From: Octopus vulgaris
Lineage: Eukaryota
Assembly: GCA_951406725.2 (NCBI GenBank)
Contig: OX597827.1
Span: forward strand, 59,892,001-59,956,000
DNA length: 64,000 bases
Direction of reading: 5' to 3'
The stretch's first letter is position 1. Every line of letters starts with the position of its first letter. The notes under the pieces are model-generated. The model ran no database searches. It saw only the letters and a list, made by a program, of their open reading frames with translations, and had not been told where the DNA came from. The translations under genes and the position numbers were made by a program. Below, piece by piece: positions 27,225-42,182 of this stretch.

Positions 27225-27382
27225 GAGAGAGAAAGAGAGATTTATGTTTAATACTAAGTTTAATATATATATATATATATGAAAACAATGGAAAGACCCA
27301 GTACTTAGAGCCTGTATATGTATATATTTCCGTGGGTGTATGTGTGTACGTGTGCATATGTACACACACATATACACAGACA

Positions 27383-27427
<45 letters not shown>

Positions 27428-28023
27428 TAGTATATTCATATACACACACACAAACATATATATTTGTTTATACTTCGATGTAGAGGAGTTGTACTTCTTC
27501 CAAGTAAACTGGTAAGTTGGTATATCACACAGAATGCTACAGCAACAACAACAAAAACAAATAAACTACTTATCCAACATTTTTCCTCTCAAAAGGAAAA
27601 ATAACAAAAAGGAAACAAACACCAACACAAAAAAAAAACAAAAACAACATCAAGAAAAATGGCCTCGACAGATAACATCATCGTATTTCTAATTTCTCAA
27701 GACAAGCAATTAAACAACTGCTGCGGGAGTCCTTTAGAAGGCAGATACAATGGAATTTCTCCTCGTTCTTACATGATGGTGATGGCGGCATCGCTTGCAA
27801 GGAGAAGGATGGTGGTGCTAGAATTTTGGTGAGAGGCATTAAAGGAGCTCATAGTCCTCAGCCTGTCTGCCGTTGTACTTACAGCGTATTCAGAAATTTG
27901 GCACTTGACCTGAACCTCGAGAATCTTGCATATATTTATCTTCATACATAGAGGCGCACACACACACATATATACATGCATATGTATGTATATATACATA
28001 CCGATACATACGTATATATTATT

Positions 28024-28123
<100 letters not shown>

Positions 28124-28148
28124 GTATATATATGTATGTATATATATG

Positions 28149-28203
<55 letters not shown>

Positions 28204-28912
28204 AAGTATGTATATACAAATAAACAGATAGGTAGATAGATAGACAGACAAATAGATAGATATATAGACAGATAGATTGACACATACATACATACATACA
28301 TACATACATACACACACACATACATACATACATACATACATAGATACACACATACATACATACATGCATACATACATGAACACGAAGATAGAGCCAGCAA
28401 CACACTATTCTATATCTGTCTATCAAACACTTGTCTATTAATAAGTCTCTTTCTATAAACATGTGTGTATATGTGTATGTATGAGTATTTGCTGTGTGTG
28501 CGTGTGTGGTGTGATGCGGTATATCTTGAATCTGTCTGTCTCTCTACGTTTAGTAAACCATTCCTTTTGTAATAGAGAAATATTTATCATTATAATAGCT
28601 TCTATCCACGTTTTAGGTTTCCATACATAAAATCATGCATAAAAGCTACAGAAAAAGAAGTCACTATAAAAAGCTACAGAAAGAGAAATAGCAATAAAAC
28701 AAAAAAAAGTTGAAGCATACACTCGCAGATTCTCGTATGAACACACAAATGTGGTCGCACATATACGCGCAGGCGCACTCACAATAATACTCTCACATAC
28801 ATGTATAAATGTATGTACCTACTATCTACCTATCTATCTATATCTCTGTCTATTTATTCATCTCTCCCCCTTCTCTCCCTCTCTTGATACATATATATAT
28901 ATATATATATAA

Positions 28913-28964
<52 letters not shown>

Positions 28965-29643
28965 TTACATGAAGTTAAATATATGTCCGTTCAAAGAGTG
29001 GTGAATGGCTTCATATCCATAAAGTGCTTACCCTTATAGGCGACTCGTCAGACACCAATGGTCATGGGCATATAACCGCTCTTCAAACTGGAGGTAGAAA
29101 ACCGTTATGGTAAATTAATTTGTAAACAAAAGAATAATATACATTGTCTGAGCCTCAAACGGAACGGGTTATCGCGCTTAGACCTGTCTGGTTAGCAAAT
29201 ATTATAGACCTAAAGGGCGAATGGGGAATCTCCGTCCCTAGGTTGATTCCGGTCAGCAATACGTTTTACTGCTGTAATCGACGAACGGGGAATCCTACGC
29301 CTGCAGCAGGTAGCGTTTGAAATGGGTGTAGGAGCTATAGATCTCGTATCTTGAGTTTAAAAGAGACCCCAGCTCCAGCGAGTGTTTGAGGATCCTTGCC
29401 ACTCTGCGACGCAAAGCTTGTATTTTCTGCTCTTCTTTACACAGGATCCCGGTTGCTCAATGAACTTCCATTTAATTTCGTATGGGTCGTGACGTTATAT
29501 ATCTCCAGAAACCTAAAAGAGGACCTGTGGTTGTACAGGCGTCGCTTCAATCGGTCGGAATGCTTTTAAGCGACGCCTGTACAATCAGAGGTTCATAGGT
29601 TTATGTATTTATACATCCATCGTTCAGAGATTTATAATTGCTA

Positions 29644-29691
<48 letters not shown>

Positions 29692-29697
<6 letters not shown>

Positions 29698-30240
29698 GTG
29701 AAGGAAGAACGAAGATTCTACATAATTCCTTTTATTATTTTCTACACATGTTTCAAAGGCCGCAAAATTCCAAATTCGGATTGAATAAGGAGACCATTTG
29801 CAGCATTCTCTTCAGGAAAATCCAGGAATTTAAAAATCCAAAACAAATGCGCAGCAAGGTAGAACAAGGTAGAGCAAGGTGCTTTCATGGGCTCCTAAGG
29901 AGCGCTTTGTTCTACCTTGCTGCGCATTTGTTTTGGATTTTTAAATTCCTGGATTTTCCTGAAGAGAATGCTGCAAATGGTCTCCTTATTCAATCCGAAT
30001 TTGGAATTTTGCGGCCTTTGAAACATGTGAAGAAAATAATAAAAGGAATTATGTAGAATCTTCGTTCAGCTCCATTTCTTCCCTTCACTAAATATATTGA
30101 ACTTCAATTATCCGCGCTAAGGCACGGTTGAGACACCCCAAGGTCGTAACTTCAACCGTGTCTTTTCTGTTGTGATTTTTGCTACCCGGGATCGGTTAAA
30201 TTTTGAATAATCCTTAACAAGATAATTCATTTATCCATTT

Positions 30241-30243
<3 letters not shown>
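29692..30243. mobile_element. Fold-back element with paired long-stem-II hammerheads
   Basis: Near-perfect inverted arms about 29692-29868 and 29906-30095. Minus 29738-29820 reads ttttc CTGAAGA [~55 nt stem II] GAAAC atgt GTA gaaaa. The plus copy at 29954-30036 has GAA instead of GTA. Confidence 0.8.
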
Positions 30244-30291
<48 letters not shown>

Positions 30292-30296
<5 letters not shown>

Positions 30297-30482
30297 GTAA
30301 ATATAATATGTGACATTTATTCGGTAGACATGATAAATCTCCGAGTTTCGGATGTCCGAAAATAGGAGTTTTATCAGGGCTACCGAATAATTGTCACGTA
30401 TTATATTTACAGATAAATTCCTCTATTTACCTAATATCGAGGGCTCTTTCTTTATTTTGGTGTCTTGCCATTTCTATCAACA
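30292..30482. mobile_element. Short fold-back element whose apex lies in a hammerhead-like stem II
   Basis: Arms 30292-30350 and 30355-30414, with apex tttcgga tg tccgaaa. (TA)n on both sides. Confidence 0.6.
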
Positions 30483-30696
30483 TATATATATATATGTGTG
30501 TGTGTGTGCGCGCGTAAGAGAGTATGTATACATACATGCATATATATATATATATTTGTGAACAGTGGATTATAAACCAGATGTGAAGTGCAATAATTCC
30601 TCTTAGGAACGGCGAATCTCGAAGCAAATAAAGTTATAAATAGATAGCCTGTAAATATTGGGTTAAAAACTCTTTGGATAGAAAAAATTGTAGGTT

Positions 30697-30763
30697 GTCC
30701 GTGAGACTCGAACCCATACTTCCTCTAAACATGTCAGGCTTTTTTACCACTGGACCAAAGCGA
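30697..30763 (-). pseudogene. Decayed tRNA-like or SINE head
   Basis: Minus strand tggtccagtggtaa (A box) and gggttcgagtct (B box). No intact cloverleaf. Confidence 0.45.
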
Positions 30764-31016
30764 TATATACATACCAGCCATTTCTATATTTCGATTTTAG
30801 TTCTGTTCCTTTGTCCATCTTTCACTTAAGGTAAATTAGTTGAATTGCATTTCTCATGGTTAATATGGCAATCCGTTTCTTCAGTAGAAGTTCGTTTGGA
30901 TCAACTGATGATAAATTTATTGATGTTAAACTGGCTTAAAAAGAGCAAAATAACATAAAATATATTGAATCTTTGTATAAATAGGTCACCAGTAAGTATA
31001 CGTACGTGTGTACATG

Positions 31017-31058
<42 letters not shown>

Positions 31059-31135
31059 AATACGTGTGTTTATATGTATTTATATGTATAAATATATATA
31101 TATATATATACGCACACACTCATACACACACACAA

Positions 31136-31194
<59 letters not shown>

Positions 31195-31399
31195 CGTAGA
31201 TACATATGTAAAGAGAGGGAGAGAGAGAGAGGGGGGGGAGTAAAAAAACAAAAGTTATAGGTTCTGAAGCAATAACTGGACATACACAGAGAGCAATAAT
31301 TGAAAAGGGAAATGTTAGAGAGAGACAGAGAGACAGAGAGAGGGGGTGAGAGAGAGAAAGAAACAAACAAATAAAAGAAAGAAAGAAAGAAAGAAAGAC

Positions 31400-31486
<87 letters not shown>

Positions 31487-31531
31487 AATGGACAGGACTG
31501 TTGTGAAATGGAACTAAGCTAGCTAGCTAGC

Positions 31532-31594
<63 letters not shown>

Positions 31595-31624
31595 GCAAAG
31601 AGGGAAAGGAAGAGCGTCAGTGAC

Positions 31625-31659
<35 letters not shown>

Positions 31660-32085
31660 AACTGAGAGTAAGGAGGTGCAAAATGTTATGGAACCACTGA
31701 AATGTTAATATGTAAGTATTCGCTGTTGCACCTCCGTTCCTGTATCACGTAAGCTAAGCGACAGGAGGCTGTCATATCTACGGTGTGATATTACTAAATG
31801 TCTTCGGAATGAAGTGAGATATCAAGATTATACTTGTCATACACAAAGTGATTCAAACGATATGTGTGTGTGTGTGTGTGTTTGTGCATCTTTGTATATA
31901 TATATATATATATATATATAACACTCTGTATCACTATGCACACGCAAGCACAAACACATGCACATTCACACGCACATATACATATATGTGTTGTATGTAT
32001 GTATATGCATATATATTGCATGATTGTTTTTCACATACATGCACACACATATACTTACAAATACACACATACATAAAGAGCGATT

Positions 32086-32161
<76 letters not shown>

Positions 32162-32168
32162 GGCAGGC

Positions 32169-32295
<127 letters not shown>

Positions 32296-32580
32296 TAAAT
32301 AGATTGATAGATTGATTGATTGATAGATATCTATTTCTGTATTCACATTTATATATGCACAACGCAAATACTTTTACACACGCGTATACATATATATGTA
32401 TTTGCACGAAAATAACTTAACATACAACAAACGTACATACATAAATATATACACATTAACATTATCCATCCAGCTATCTCTCTCTCTCTCTCTCTCTCCC
32501 TCACTCACACACACACACACATGCTTACATATGTATTTCTATATAACACATACACATGAACATTAAATATAATGCGCTCA

Positions 32581-32623
<43 letters not shown>

Positions 32624-32661
32624 CTGTCCTCTTATATGCACGCACAGATACATATATATAC

Positions 32662-32745
<84 letters not shown>

Positions 32746-33168
32746 GTCCTTCTCTTATATGCACGCACAGATGCACATACACACACACACACATGTATAA
32801 GAAGTCAACGAAATGTTGAACATTCAGTTTGGAAAATTAACCGATCGCTCTTATCACATTATCACCAAGACGACAAGCTGACGGTGATATACAAGATGGC
32901 ACTTCCTCGAGACTAGATTTCGGCCATATTACTTAGCAAGTCCCGCCGGAATGTATCGTGGGAACACAAGTGCCGAGGCGTCGCACGAAGTACAGAGACG
33001 CCGCACCACTCATCTGAATGAACGCTTGTGATAGCTTTGTGCTGGTGTAGTCGTAGAGGTGTTTGGACGGTGTGTAGTTGTTAATGTTGTTGTTGTTGTT
33101 GCTGTTGGAGTTGACATGTTTGTTGTTACGCGTCAATTCAAAGCGGACGTCGTCTTAAGATATCATGT

Positions 33169-33202
<34 letters not shown>

Positions 33203-33205
<3 letters not shown>

Positions 33206-33425
33206 TCTTTTATTCTTTTACATGTTTCAGTCATTTGACTGCGATCTTGTCGGAGCACCGCCTTGACGGATCTTAGTCGAACAAATCGATCCGAGGAACT
33301 TTTGAAAGCCTAGTACTTATTCTATCGGACTCTATTGCCGAACCGCCAGGCTGCAGGGACTTACACACACCAAGACCGGTTAACAAGTGATGATGGGGGT
33401 GGGAGATAAATGCAGACTCAGAAAC

Positions 33426-33473
<48 letters not shown>

Positions 33474-33588
33474 TCGGGGTCGATAAATAAAAGTTACCAG
33501 TTTCGCACTGGGGTCGATGAAATCGACGTAATCCCTTTGCCTATCCTTGTTTGTCCCCTCTATGTTTAGCCCCTTGTGGGCAATAAAG

Positions 33589-33623
<35 letters not shown>

Positions 33624-33778
33624 ACTTTCAGTTTCCGTCGACAAATCCACTCACAAGGCTTTGGTCTGTCCGAGGATATAATAGAAGATACATTCCGAAG
33701 GGGCCAGCTGGTGGAACTGAACCAGAGACCATGTGATTGGGAAGCAAGCTTCTTACCACACATCCACGCCTGCGCCCA
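33203..33778 (-). mobile_element. SINE family C carrying a 5'-truncated SINE A (33474-33592, +) in its internal microsatellite
   Basis: Family C tail and head flank the family A core and tail, which are bounded by (TA)n. Confidence 0.8.
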
Positions 33779-33909
33779 TACAAGTGCAAACAAGAGAGAC
33801 AGAGAAAGGCAGACACAAGGAAAATGCCACTTATATTTGAACACTATACAAATATTCCTTTAAAAAAACTTTTCTTTTAATTTTTCTAAATTGAATTATT
33901 CAATCGTTA

Positions 33910-33947
33910 CAGTTGAAAAGGTCTCAAAATGTCCGAAACCGGTACTG
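33910..33947 (+). ncRNA. Hammerhead motif, U3-A8 core variant
   Basis: cag TTGAAAA gg tctcaaaatgt cc GAAAC cg GTA ctg, about 50 nt upstream of (TA)n. Confidence 0.75.
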
Positions 33948-33995
33948 AAATGTTCTTTATAAAATTATTTTAGCATTTTCTATCTTAACTTGTTT

Positions 33996-34032
<37 letters not shown>

Positions 34033-34311
34033 TACTTGGAAATTGATGCGTGGTGTTCAATCATATATATATATATAAACTTACTTGGAAATTGATGCGT
34101 GGTGTTCAATCATATAATAATATAATTAGTATATATGCATACATATATATATGCATATATACATACGTATGTATAAGTTTTATCTATTTTATTTTTAGAT
34201 TTCACATATATTTTTCTTGTAAGCATTATTTGTAGTTGTTTTGGAGCAATAAAGTTCCTAAATTCATAATCGACATTTCCAGACCTTCACAGACCCATTT
34301 CTAAGAATTAA

Positions 34312-34374
<63 letters not shown>

Positions 34375-34563
34375 GCGTCAATGCAGTTACTTTTATACAC
34401 TAGTTGAATTCATGTAGACATTCTCGCCAAAGGTTGCTTTTTACTGTTAGCTCCAAATGTGTGTGTGTGTATGCGTGCTCGCGCGTGTTTACATATGTTA
34501 GTATATGTGCCTCAGACATAAGTGTATACATAAATATCATAATCGAGCGGTAAAAATTGACAA

Positions 34564-34686
<123 letters not shown>

Positions 34687-34706
34687 AAGAATAGGAACAC
34701 CAGCAG

Positions 34707-34833
<127 letters not shown>

Positions 34834-34852
34834 TATTGTAGTAGTTATTGTT

Positions 34853-34917
<65 letters not shown>

Positions 34918-35169
34918 CAGAATACAAGACAAGAAGATTTTAAAAAGACGAATGTAGATATGTCACGTGTTCCCTATCTGAAACATAACATCTGCTTCGA
35001 ACCGTGTGTTGGGCTTTTAAATTGTGGCAAGTTTTTGCTGGGGTCTCTTTGGTGTCTTTCTGCCTCCTTAGGGACCTTTAGCCCGAATATGCTTTGACAC
35101 TTATTTAGATCGAGAGGATTTGTGTGTATGTGTTTAGTTTGCGGAGATTTTTTCGGTGACCTTTTACTA

Positions 35170-35206
<37 letters not shown>

Positions 35207-35214
35207 CGCTACTG

Positions 35215-35248
<34 letters not shown>

Positions 35249-35301
35249 CGCCGCCGCTACTGCTACTACTGCTACTACTGCTACTGCTGCTGCTGCTACT
35301 G

Positions 35302-35366
<65 letters not shown>

Positions 35367-35367
<1 letters not shown>

Positions 35368-35893
35368 TTATTCAGTAGTTTTATTTTTATAGCGTGCTTT
35401 CACTTCACTACCGAGTGAAGCTCTGTGTGCCTTTGGTATGTGTTGTGATTTGTTGTAATACTTTGATGGTTACTGTATTGAAAGCGTTTTGCGTGGAATG
35501 TGTGCAGTGCCCAATAGTGCAATTTTCTGTATGTTATATATATTTGTAAGTCCTGGTGCTTTTGTTATGTATTTGTCTGAATATTTTTTTTAACATACCT
35601 AATGCGCCTACTATGATAGAAATTGTTTCTGTTTTTAGACTCCACATTCGAGTTACCTCTATTTCCAAGTCTTTGTATTTTGAAAGTTTCTCCTTTTCTT
35701 TTAGAGACACGTTGTCATCTGCCGGTATTGATACATCAATTATAAAGCATTTTTTTCTTCATGATTTCTGACAACTATATCTGGTCTGTTGGCCTTAATT
35801 TCTCTATCTGTGTGTATTGGTATACCCCAGAGTATGGTTGCTTTCTCGTTTTCTGTGACCTTTTCTGAGGTGTGACTATACCATCTTTTTTTC
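35367..35893 (-). mobile_element. 3' fragment of an R4/Dong-clade non-LTR retrotransposon (restriction-like endonuclease domain and 3' UTR)
   Basis: Minus translation WYSHTSEKVTENEKATILWGIPIHTDREIKANRPDIVVRNHEEKKCFIIDVSIPADDNVSLKEKEKLSKYKDLEIEVTRMWSLKT..IVGALG..KIALLGTAHI..* (RPD..D..K..KY motif; small frameshifts possible). Embedded in (TAA)n/(TAG)n. Confidence 0.85.
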
Positions 35894-36022
<129 letters not shown>

Positions 36023-36276
36023 CGACACGTGACACACGTCGCTGCATAAGTTTTGCTGTTATTCATATTGTTATACGTTGTTTTACATTGTACATTTGTT
36101 ATGGTTACTTAGTTAAACAAACCAGGACCTCGGGGGAACTGGTTAGTTCTTTCCTATTTGTAGCCCCTATGGACTACTTTGGTATTTGTTCAGGTTACCA
36201 CACCCCTCTTTCTTTTTTATTTTGCTAAAATCAAAGATTTCTCCTATTTCTTACTCTCCCTGTGTTTAACATAACT

Positions 36277-36645
36277 ATGCTAAGGATAGACAGTATAAAT
36301 GCTCGTGGCCTAGAGTCACCTGGGAAGCAGGGACACTTGCTCAATCACCTCAGGTCACTACGTTTGGATGTGATAGTCGTCAGCAAAACCAGGGTTTTCG
36401 ACTCACGCAACTTTGCTCCCATTTTTGACGAATTTGAGATTTACGCATCTCTCAGTCGGTTTGGAATGGGAGGAGGAGAGGCAGTGCTGCTCAGGAAAGG
36501 ACTGGATCTCAAGGTACGGACGATCTTCCTGGATCCTGGATCCTGGAAGGCAAGTTAGTCCTGGACGTGAGTAATAGCGAAGGTTGTGCTTTTAGACTGG
36601 TCGCTGTCTATGCCCCGACAAGGACGGGGCAGCCAGATTTCTGTT
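36277..36645 (+). pseudogene. APE endonuclease N-terminus of a Tx1/L1-type LINE ORF2 (frameshifted, truncated)
   Basis: MLRIDSINARGL..LRLDVIVVSKT..GGGEAVLLRKG..DP, then EGKLVLDV..FRLVAVYAP. The duplicated ggatcct at about 36531-36545 disrupts the frame. Confidence 0.8.
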
Positions 36646-36717
36646 TGGCATATTTAAAAAAGATTTCTAAGTGAAAATTACTTTAAAAATTCAAGGTAAA
36701 CAATTCGTAAAGGGCCC

Positions 36718-37320
36718 GTTCGTACTTCGGTGTGAAATAATTTTTTCCACAGGTTTTTTCGACTGCATTCAACGTAGCTCATCTCCAAACCCACTACAAG
36801 CCAGAAAAAAGTGGTGGTGGCGACTTCGGGGTTTCCCATCAACGGAGTTTTGTTTCGCAGATATTTTCTTTTCCAGGTTATTTTGCATGCTCTCAACGAA
36901 TGTGACATCGAAATCACGCGCAAGCCGCTCCTTTCTCCAGAAGAGGAAAGATTTAGCTGCTGTTTCTAGCACGTCATGCTGCCATGTAACAGCTATTTGC
37001 GATAAAGGACCCGAAACAGAAGTTACGTGGTAACAGGGCGTACCAGAAATAGCAGCCAAATCTTACCTTTTCCTGGGAAAGGAGCCATTTATGCGTGATT
37101 TCGATGTCACATTCGTTGAAATCATGCGAAATAACTTGGAAAAGGAAAAGAAAATATTCAAAACAAAACTCAGTTGTTGGGAAACTCCGAGGTCCCCATC
37201 ACCCTTCCCTCTTTCCTTTCAGGAAAAACGTAAGTTGCGGTGGGTTTGCAGGTGAGATATACGTTGAATGTACTCGAAAAACCCTGTGGAAAAAAAATCA
37301 TTCCATACCGAAGTACGAAC
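36718..37320. repeat. Diverged ~600-bp fold-back inverted repeat
   Basis: 36718-36990 is the reverse complement of 37021-37320, for example caacgaatgtgacatcgaaatcacgc and gcgtgatttcgatgtcacattcgttg. Confidence 0.85.
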
Positions 37321-37970
37321 AAAATATTACAAAATATTTACAAAATATTTACCCAAGATTGGGACGGGGATGCAAACAGAAGGATCGATGAGACTGATAA
37401 AGCAAGGGCTCAGCATCTGGCGTAAGTGTAGGAAAGGGACAGAAGCAGGAAACATCGTGAATCAGATTCTCCTGTGATATACAAAAGGAATAAAACAAGT
37501 TTCGCGTAAATCGGACCACGGGTTACCGAGATACGTGGTTTTTTCGGGTACCTTTATATAAATAGCCAAGCGGGCTATTTATATGATAATGATAGCTGTC
37601 CATTTGCGATCTAAGAGCACTTTGTTGTTGTTTATATTTTTTTGTTCTTTTTAAAAAGAACTGATGCATATTGGATAATGTAATCTTACGATATTTTTAA
37701 ATATGAAAGAAATGATGGCGTGGCATCATTTCTGCATATATGAAAGTGTGTACGCGTGTATGTGTGGGTGTTTGCATGCTCACAAGTAATACACATACAC
37801 ACACACGCACACACAGAAAAAGAAAGAAAGAAAGAAAGAAAGAGAAAGAGAGAAACAGATAGACAGGCAGTCAGACAAGCAGACAGACCGATACGCTAAC
37901 AGATAGCTAAACAAGAAGATAAATATATAGATAGATCGATAGATAGATACATAGATAGATAGATAGATAC

Positions 37971-38042
<72 letters not shown>

Positions 38043-39374
38043 ATAGATAGACAGACAGGCAGGCAAAATTGACATGTATAAATATAGCTGTATAGATGCA
38101 TACGTACATTCATACATACATACATACATGCATACATGCATACATTCATAGATACATGCATGCAAATACTTATACATTCATGTAGGCACACATGCATGCA
38201 GGCATGTATATATATATATATACATGGATATATATATACATGCTTGTACACATACATACATACGTACATACATTGAACATGTCTAGATATGCAACTATAT
38301 GCATAAGAATACATACATAAAACATACAAATCTGCACATATATACATACATACATGCATACATACATACACAATACATACATACATACATACATACATAC
38401 ATACATGCATGCATACATACACAATACATACATACATACATACATACATGCATACATACATGCATACATACATGCATACATACATACATACAAATCTGCA
38501 CATATATACATACATACATGCATACATACATACATACATACATACATACATGCATACATACATACATACATACATACATGCATGCATGCATACATACATA
38601 CATACATACATACATACATACATACATACATACATACATGCAAAAATACCCTGTTGTTGATGTTGAAATTCCAATGAGGGAGCCTTGGATCTAGGTTAGA
38701 AACCGGCCCTTTCTCTATTGGTGAGAAATCTTGAAATAAACTGAATAACGACATACATACGAACATATATACATACATACGAGCATAAATATTATCATGT
38801 ATGGATACATACAAACGTACATACATCCATACACAGATAAATACATACATGCATAAACGCAGAAATCCTTATATACAAGCATATATATACACAAGCATAC
38901 TGCATTGCATACTTCGACGAAAGACATGAACAGATTCACTGTTCACTGGATTAATAAATAAATAATCAAGGTCTGCAAACTGACTGACAGACCAACCGAT
39001 AGATAGATAGAAAGAGAGAGAGAAAGCGAGAGAGAGAGAGAGCAATAGAGTGAAAGAGAGAGAGAAAAGAGAGAGAGCAATAGAGTGAAAGAGAGAGAGA
39101 TAGAAAGAGAAAGAGATAGAGAAAGAGAGAGAGATAGAGAAAGAGAGAGAGAGAGAGAGAGAAACAGACAGACAGATACTGGCATGATAACACTGCATTC
39201 ACGTGCACGCCAAGACAAATTTTATGTGTATGTGTATGTTTACTAACATGCCTATTTCTTGTGTGAATGTGTGTGTGTGTGTGTGCTTGTGTATGAATGT
39301 GTGTGAATGCGTGTGTATTTATGAATGTATGTATGTGTGAATGTGCTTATATATATATGTATATATATTATATA

Positions 39375-39498
<124 letters not shown>

Positions 39499-40513
39499 CA
39501 TACATACATACATGCATATATACATACTTACGTAGATACACATATACATATATACACGCATGCACAGTATAAAAAATAGATGACAAACTTTTTTGCTCGC
39601 CAACCTTGGATTCAATTTAACGGAACGGCCAAACATTACGACTGCATGCTGGGATTGACACTATTCACTGCTTACCCCAGCACGCACACACACACACCAT
39701 ACACACACACACCATACACACACACACCATACACACACACATACATACATGTGCACAGATGTACACACACGTGCACAAATGTAACACACAATAGTATCAC
39801 AATCGCCAGCATCGCCTTCAAAATTGAAAATCTATTATTTTTTACCTTCCCTTCATATATGCAGATTTTCTACATTTATATATATTTACCAATTATTTTT
39901 TTCCTAAATCTACCTTGCATCATTTTCTTTCTCTTTTTCAGTCATCTGTCTTCTCGTCTGACAAACCTGACTCACTCATTCACTTGCCTGATTGGGTCGT
40001 CTGCCGTGAATATACTGACATCCTGCCATTTTGCCTTCTTGCCTTCTTGCCTGTCTTGCAGTTTGAATATATATCGCTTGATGTTCAGTCACCTTGCATA
40101 TCTCAGTCGAAAGGTTCGAGCAGAAAGTGCATACACAAACATTTATTTAAAATAAAGGAAGAACACGTACATTGCAACAACAACAAAAAAGAAAAGAAAA
40201 GAAGTAAAATAAATGGGAAGGTAAAATATTATTTCAAGCAAACAAAAACTAACGGAACAAAACTTATTCGGGTGATAATCTTTTATCAAAGCATACATAT
40301 ATATATATATATATATATATACATACATGAATGCATGCATACATATATACATGCTTACATACATATGTATATATGTCTGTATGTATATAATATATATATA
40401 TATATATGTGTATATCATGTACATTATATGTATATATAGATACAAGTTTATACATGTGAATATATATGTATATATGTATACACACATATCTATGTCTATC
40501 TACCTATCTATTA

Positions 40514-40713
<200 letters not shown>

Positions 40714-40811
40714 CTTGTTTGTACTCCACCTGCCTTCGTCTTTTGTTTATTTTCATAAAGCTTCCCGTTATATATATATATATATATTGAGCGAGAGAGA
40801 GACAGAGAGAT

Positions 40812-41045
40812 GATCAAAAACAACGTACGAAATAAGACAAAACACGAACATTTCAGAGAGTGTGGCTGTCAATCTGAGGACAGTGCAGAAGATTCAGAAA
40901 CAGTTGTAGAAGATTCCGAAGTTCTCTGGAATATTGAATAAATTTACTCTTTAGTATTTCAAGATATTTTTATGTAATTTTGGTAAATATATCTGTGAAA
41001 ATGAGATGTCAGTGTTACTTTCCTCTGTCGGTAATTTAGACAATA
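40812..41045 (+). mobile_element. Possible deleted Tc1/maT remnant
   Basis: Short HTH-like peptide NISESVAVNLRTVQKIQKQL followed by an AT-rich tail. Confidence 0.35.
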
Positions 41046-41188
41046 ATTTATGTATATGGCACATACAGGAGTGGTGATGTTAAACATCCCTGACTGATGA
41101 AATCAACAAAAGCGCAGTGGTGCTCCAGCATGACCGCAGACGTATGACTGAAACGAATAAATGAATAATAGAATATATATATCTATAC

Positions 41189-41219
<31 letters not shown>

Positions 41220-41267
41220 TATATATATACACACACATATATGCACACATACCTATATACACACATA

Positions 41268-41490
41268 GGCGGCGAGCTGACAGAAACGTTTGCGAGCCGG
41301 GCGAAATGCTTAGCGGTATTTTTGTCTGCCGCTATGTTCTGAGTTCAAATTCCGCCGAGGTCAACTTTGCATTTCATCCTTTCGGGGTCGATAAAGTACC
41401 AGTTACGCACTGGGGTCGATGTAATCGACTTAATCCCTTTGTCTGTCCTTGTTTGTCCCCTCTATGTTTATCCCCTAGTAGGCAATAAAG

Positions 41491-41493
<3 letters not shown>
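41268..41493 (+). mobile_element. SINE family A
   Basis: Full-length match. Confidence 0.9.
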
Positions 41494-41561
<68 letters not shown>

Positions 41562-41961
41562 CTGTCTCTCTCACTCTTACTCTCACTTTTCTTTCTCTCT
41601 CACTAAGACATACTACAGTTATCAAGAACTCAACTGTCAGTTAAATACATTTTGAAATTTGATGATTACTACTAACGTATGAAAGCGCTAATTGTGCCTT
41701 ATGATCATTACAAAATATTTTTTAATGTTAAAATACCATGATAAAAACGTGAAAACCAGATCATGTTTTAACTTTATTCATCTGATATATTATTCTATAT
41801 AAAATCACACAAATTCACGAAAAAGGTATATATGTATATATGTATTCTTTTCTTTTCATTCTTTTATATATTTCAGCCCTAAGACTGAGGCCATGGTGGA
41901 GCACTCCTAGTTTAATCACGTGTATGTCTGTTGTATGTATATATTTATTTATGTACGTACG

Positions 41962-42037
<76 letters not shown>

Positions 42038-42133
42038 AAAATATATACACACAAACTCACGTATAAATCAGTTATATTTTTCTCTGCTTGCTTGAGTATG
42101 TACTTGTGTGTGTGTGTGCGCGGTTGTGTGTGC

Positions 42134-42182
<49 letters not shown>

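Noticed and set aside
27660-27925. Possible coding exon in a GC-richer island
   Set aside because: No recognisable protein or convincing splice pair.
39925-40120. Polypyrimidine tract plus AG at 39940 as an exon start
   Set aside because: No good donor site or protein similarity. It cannot be supported without RNA data.
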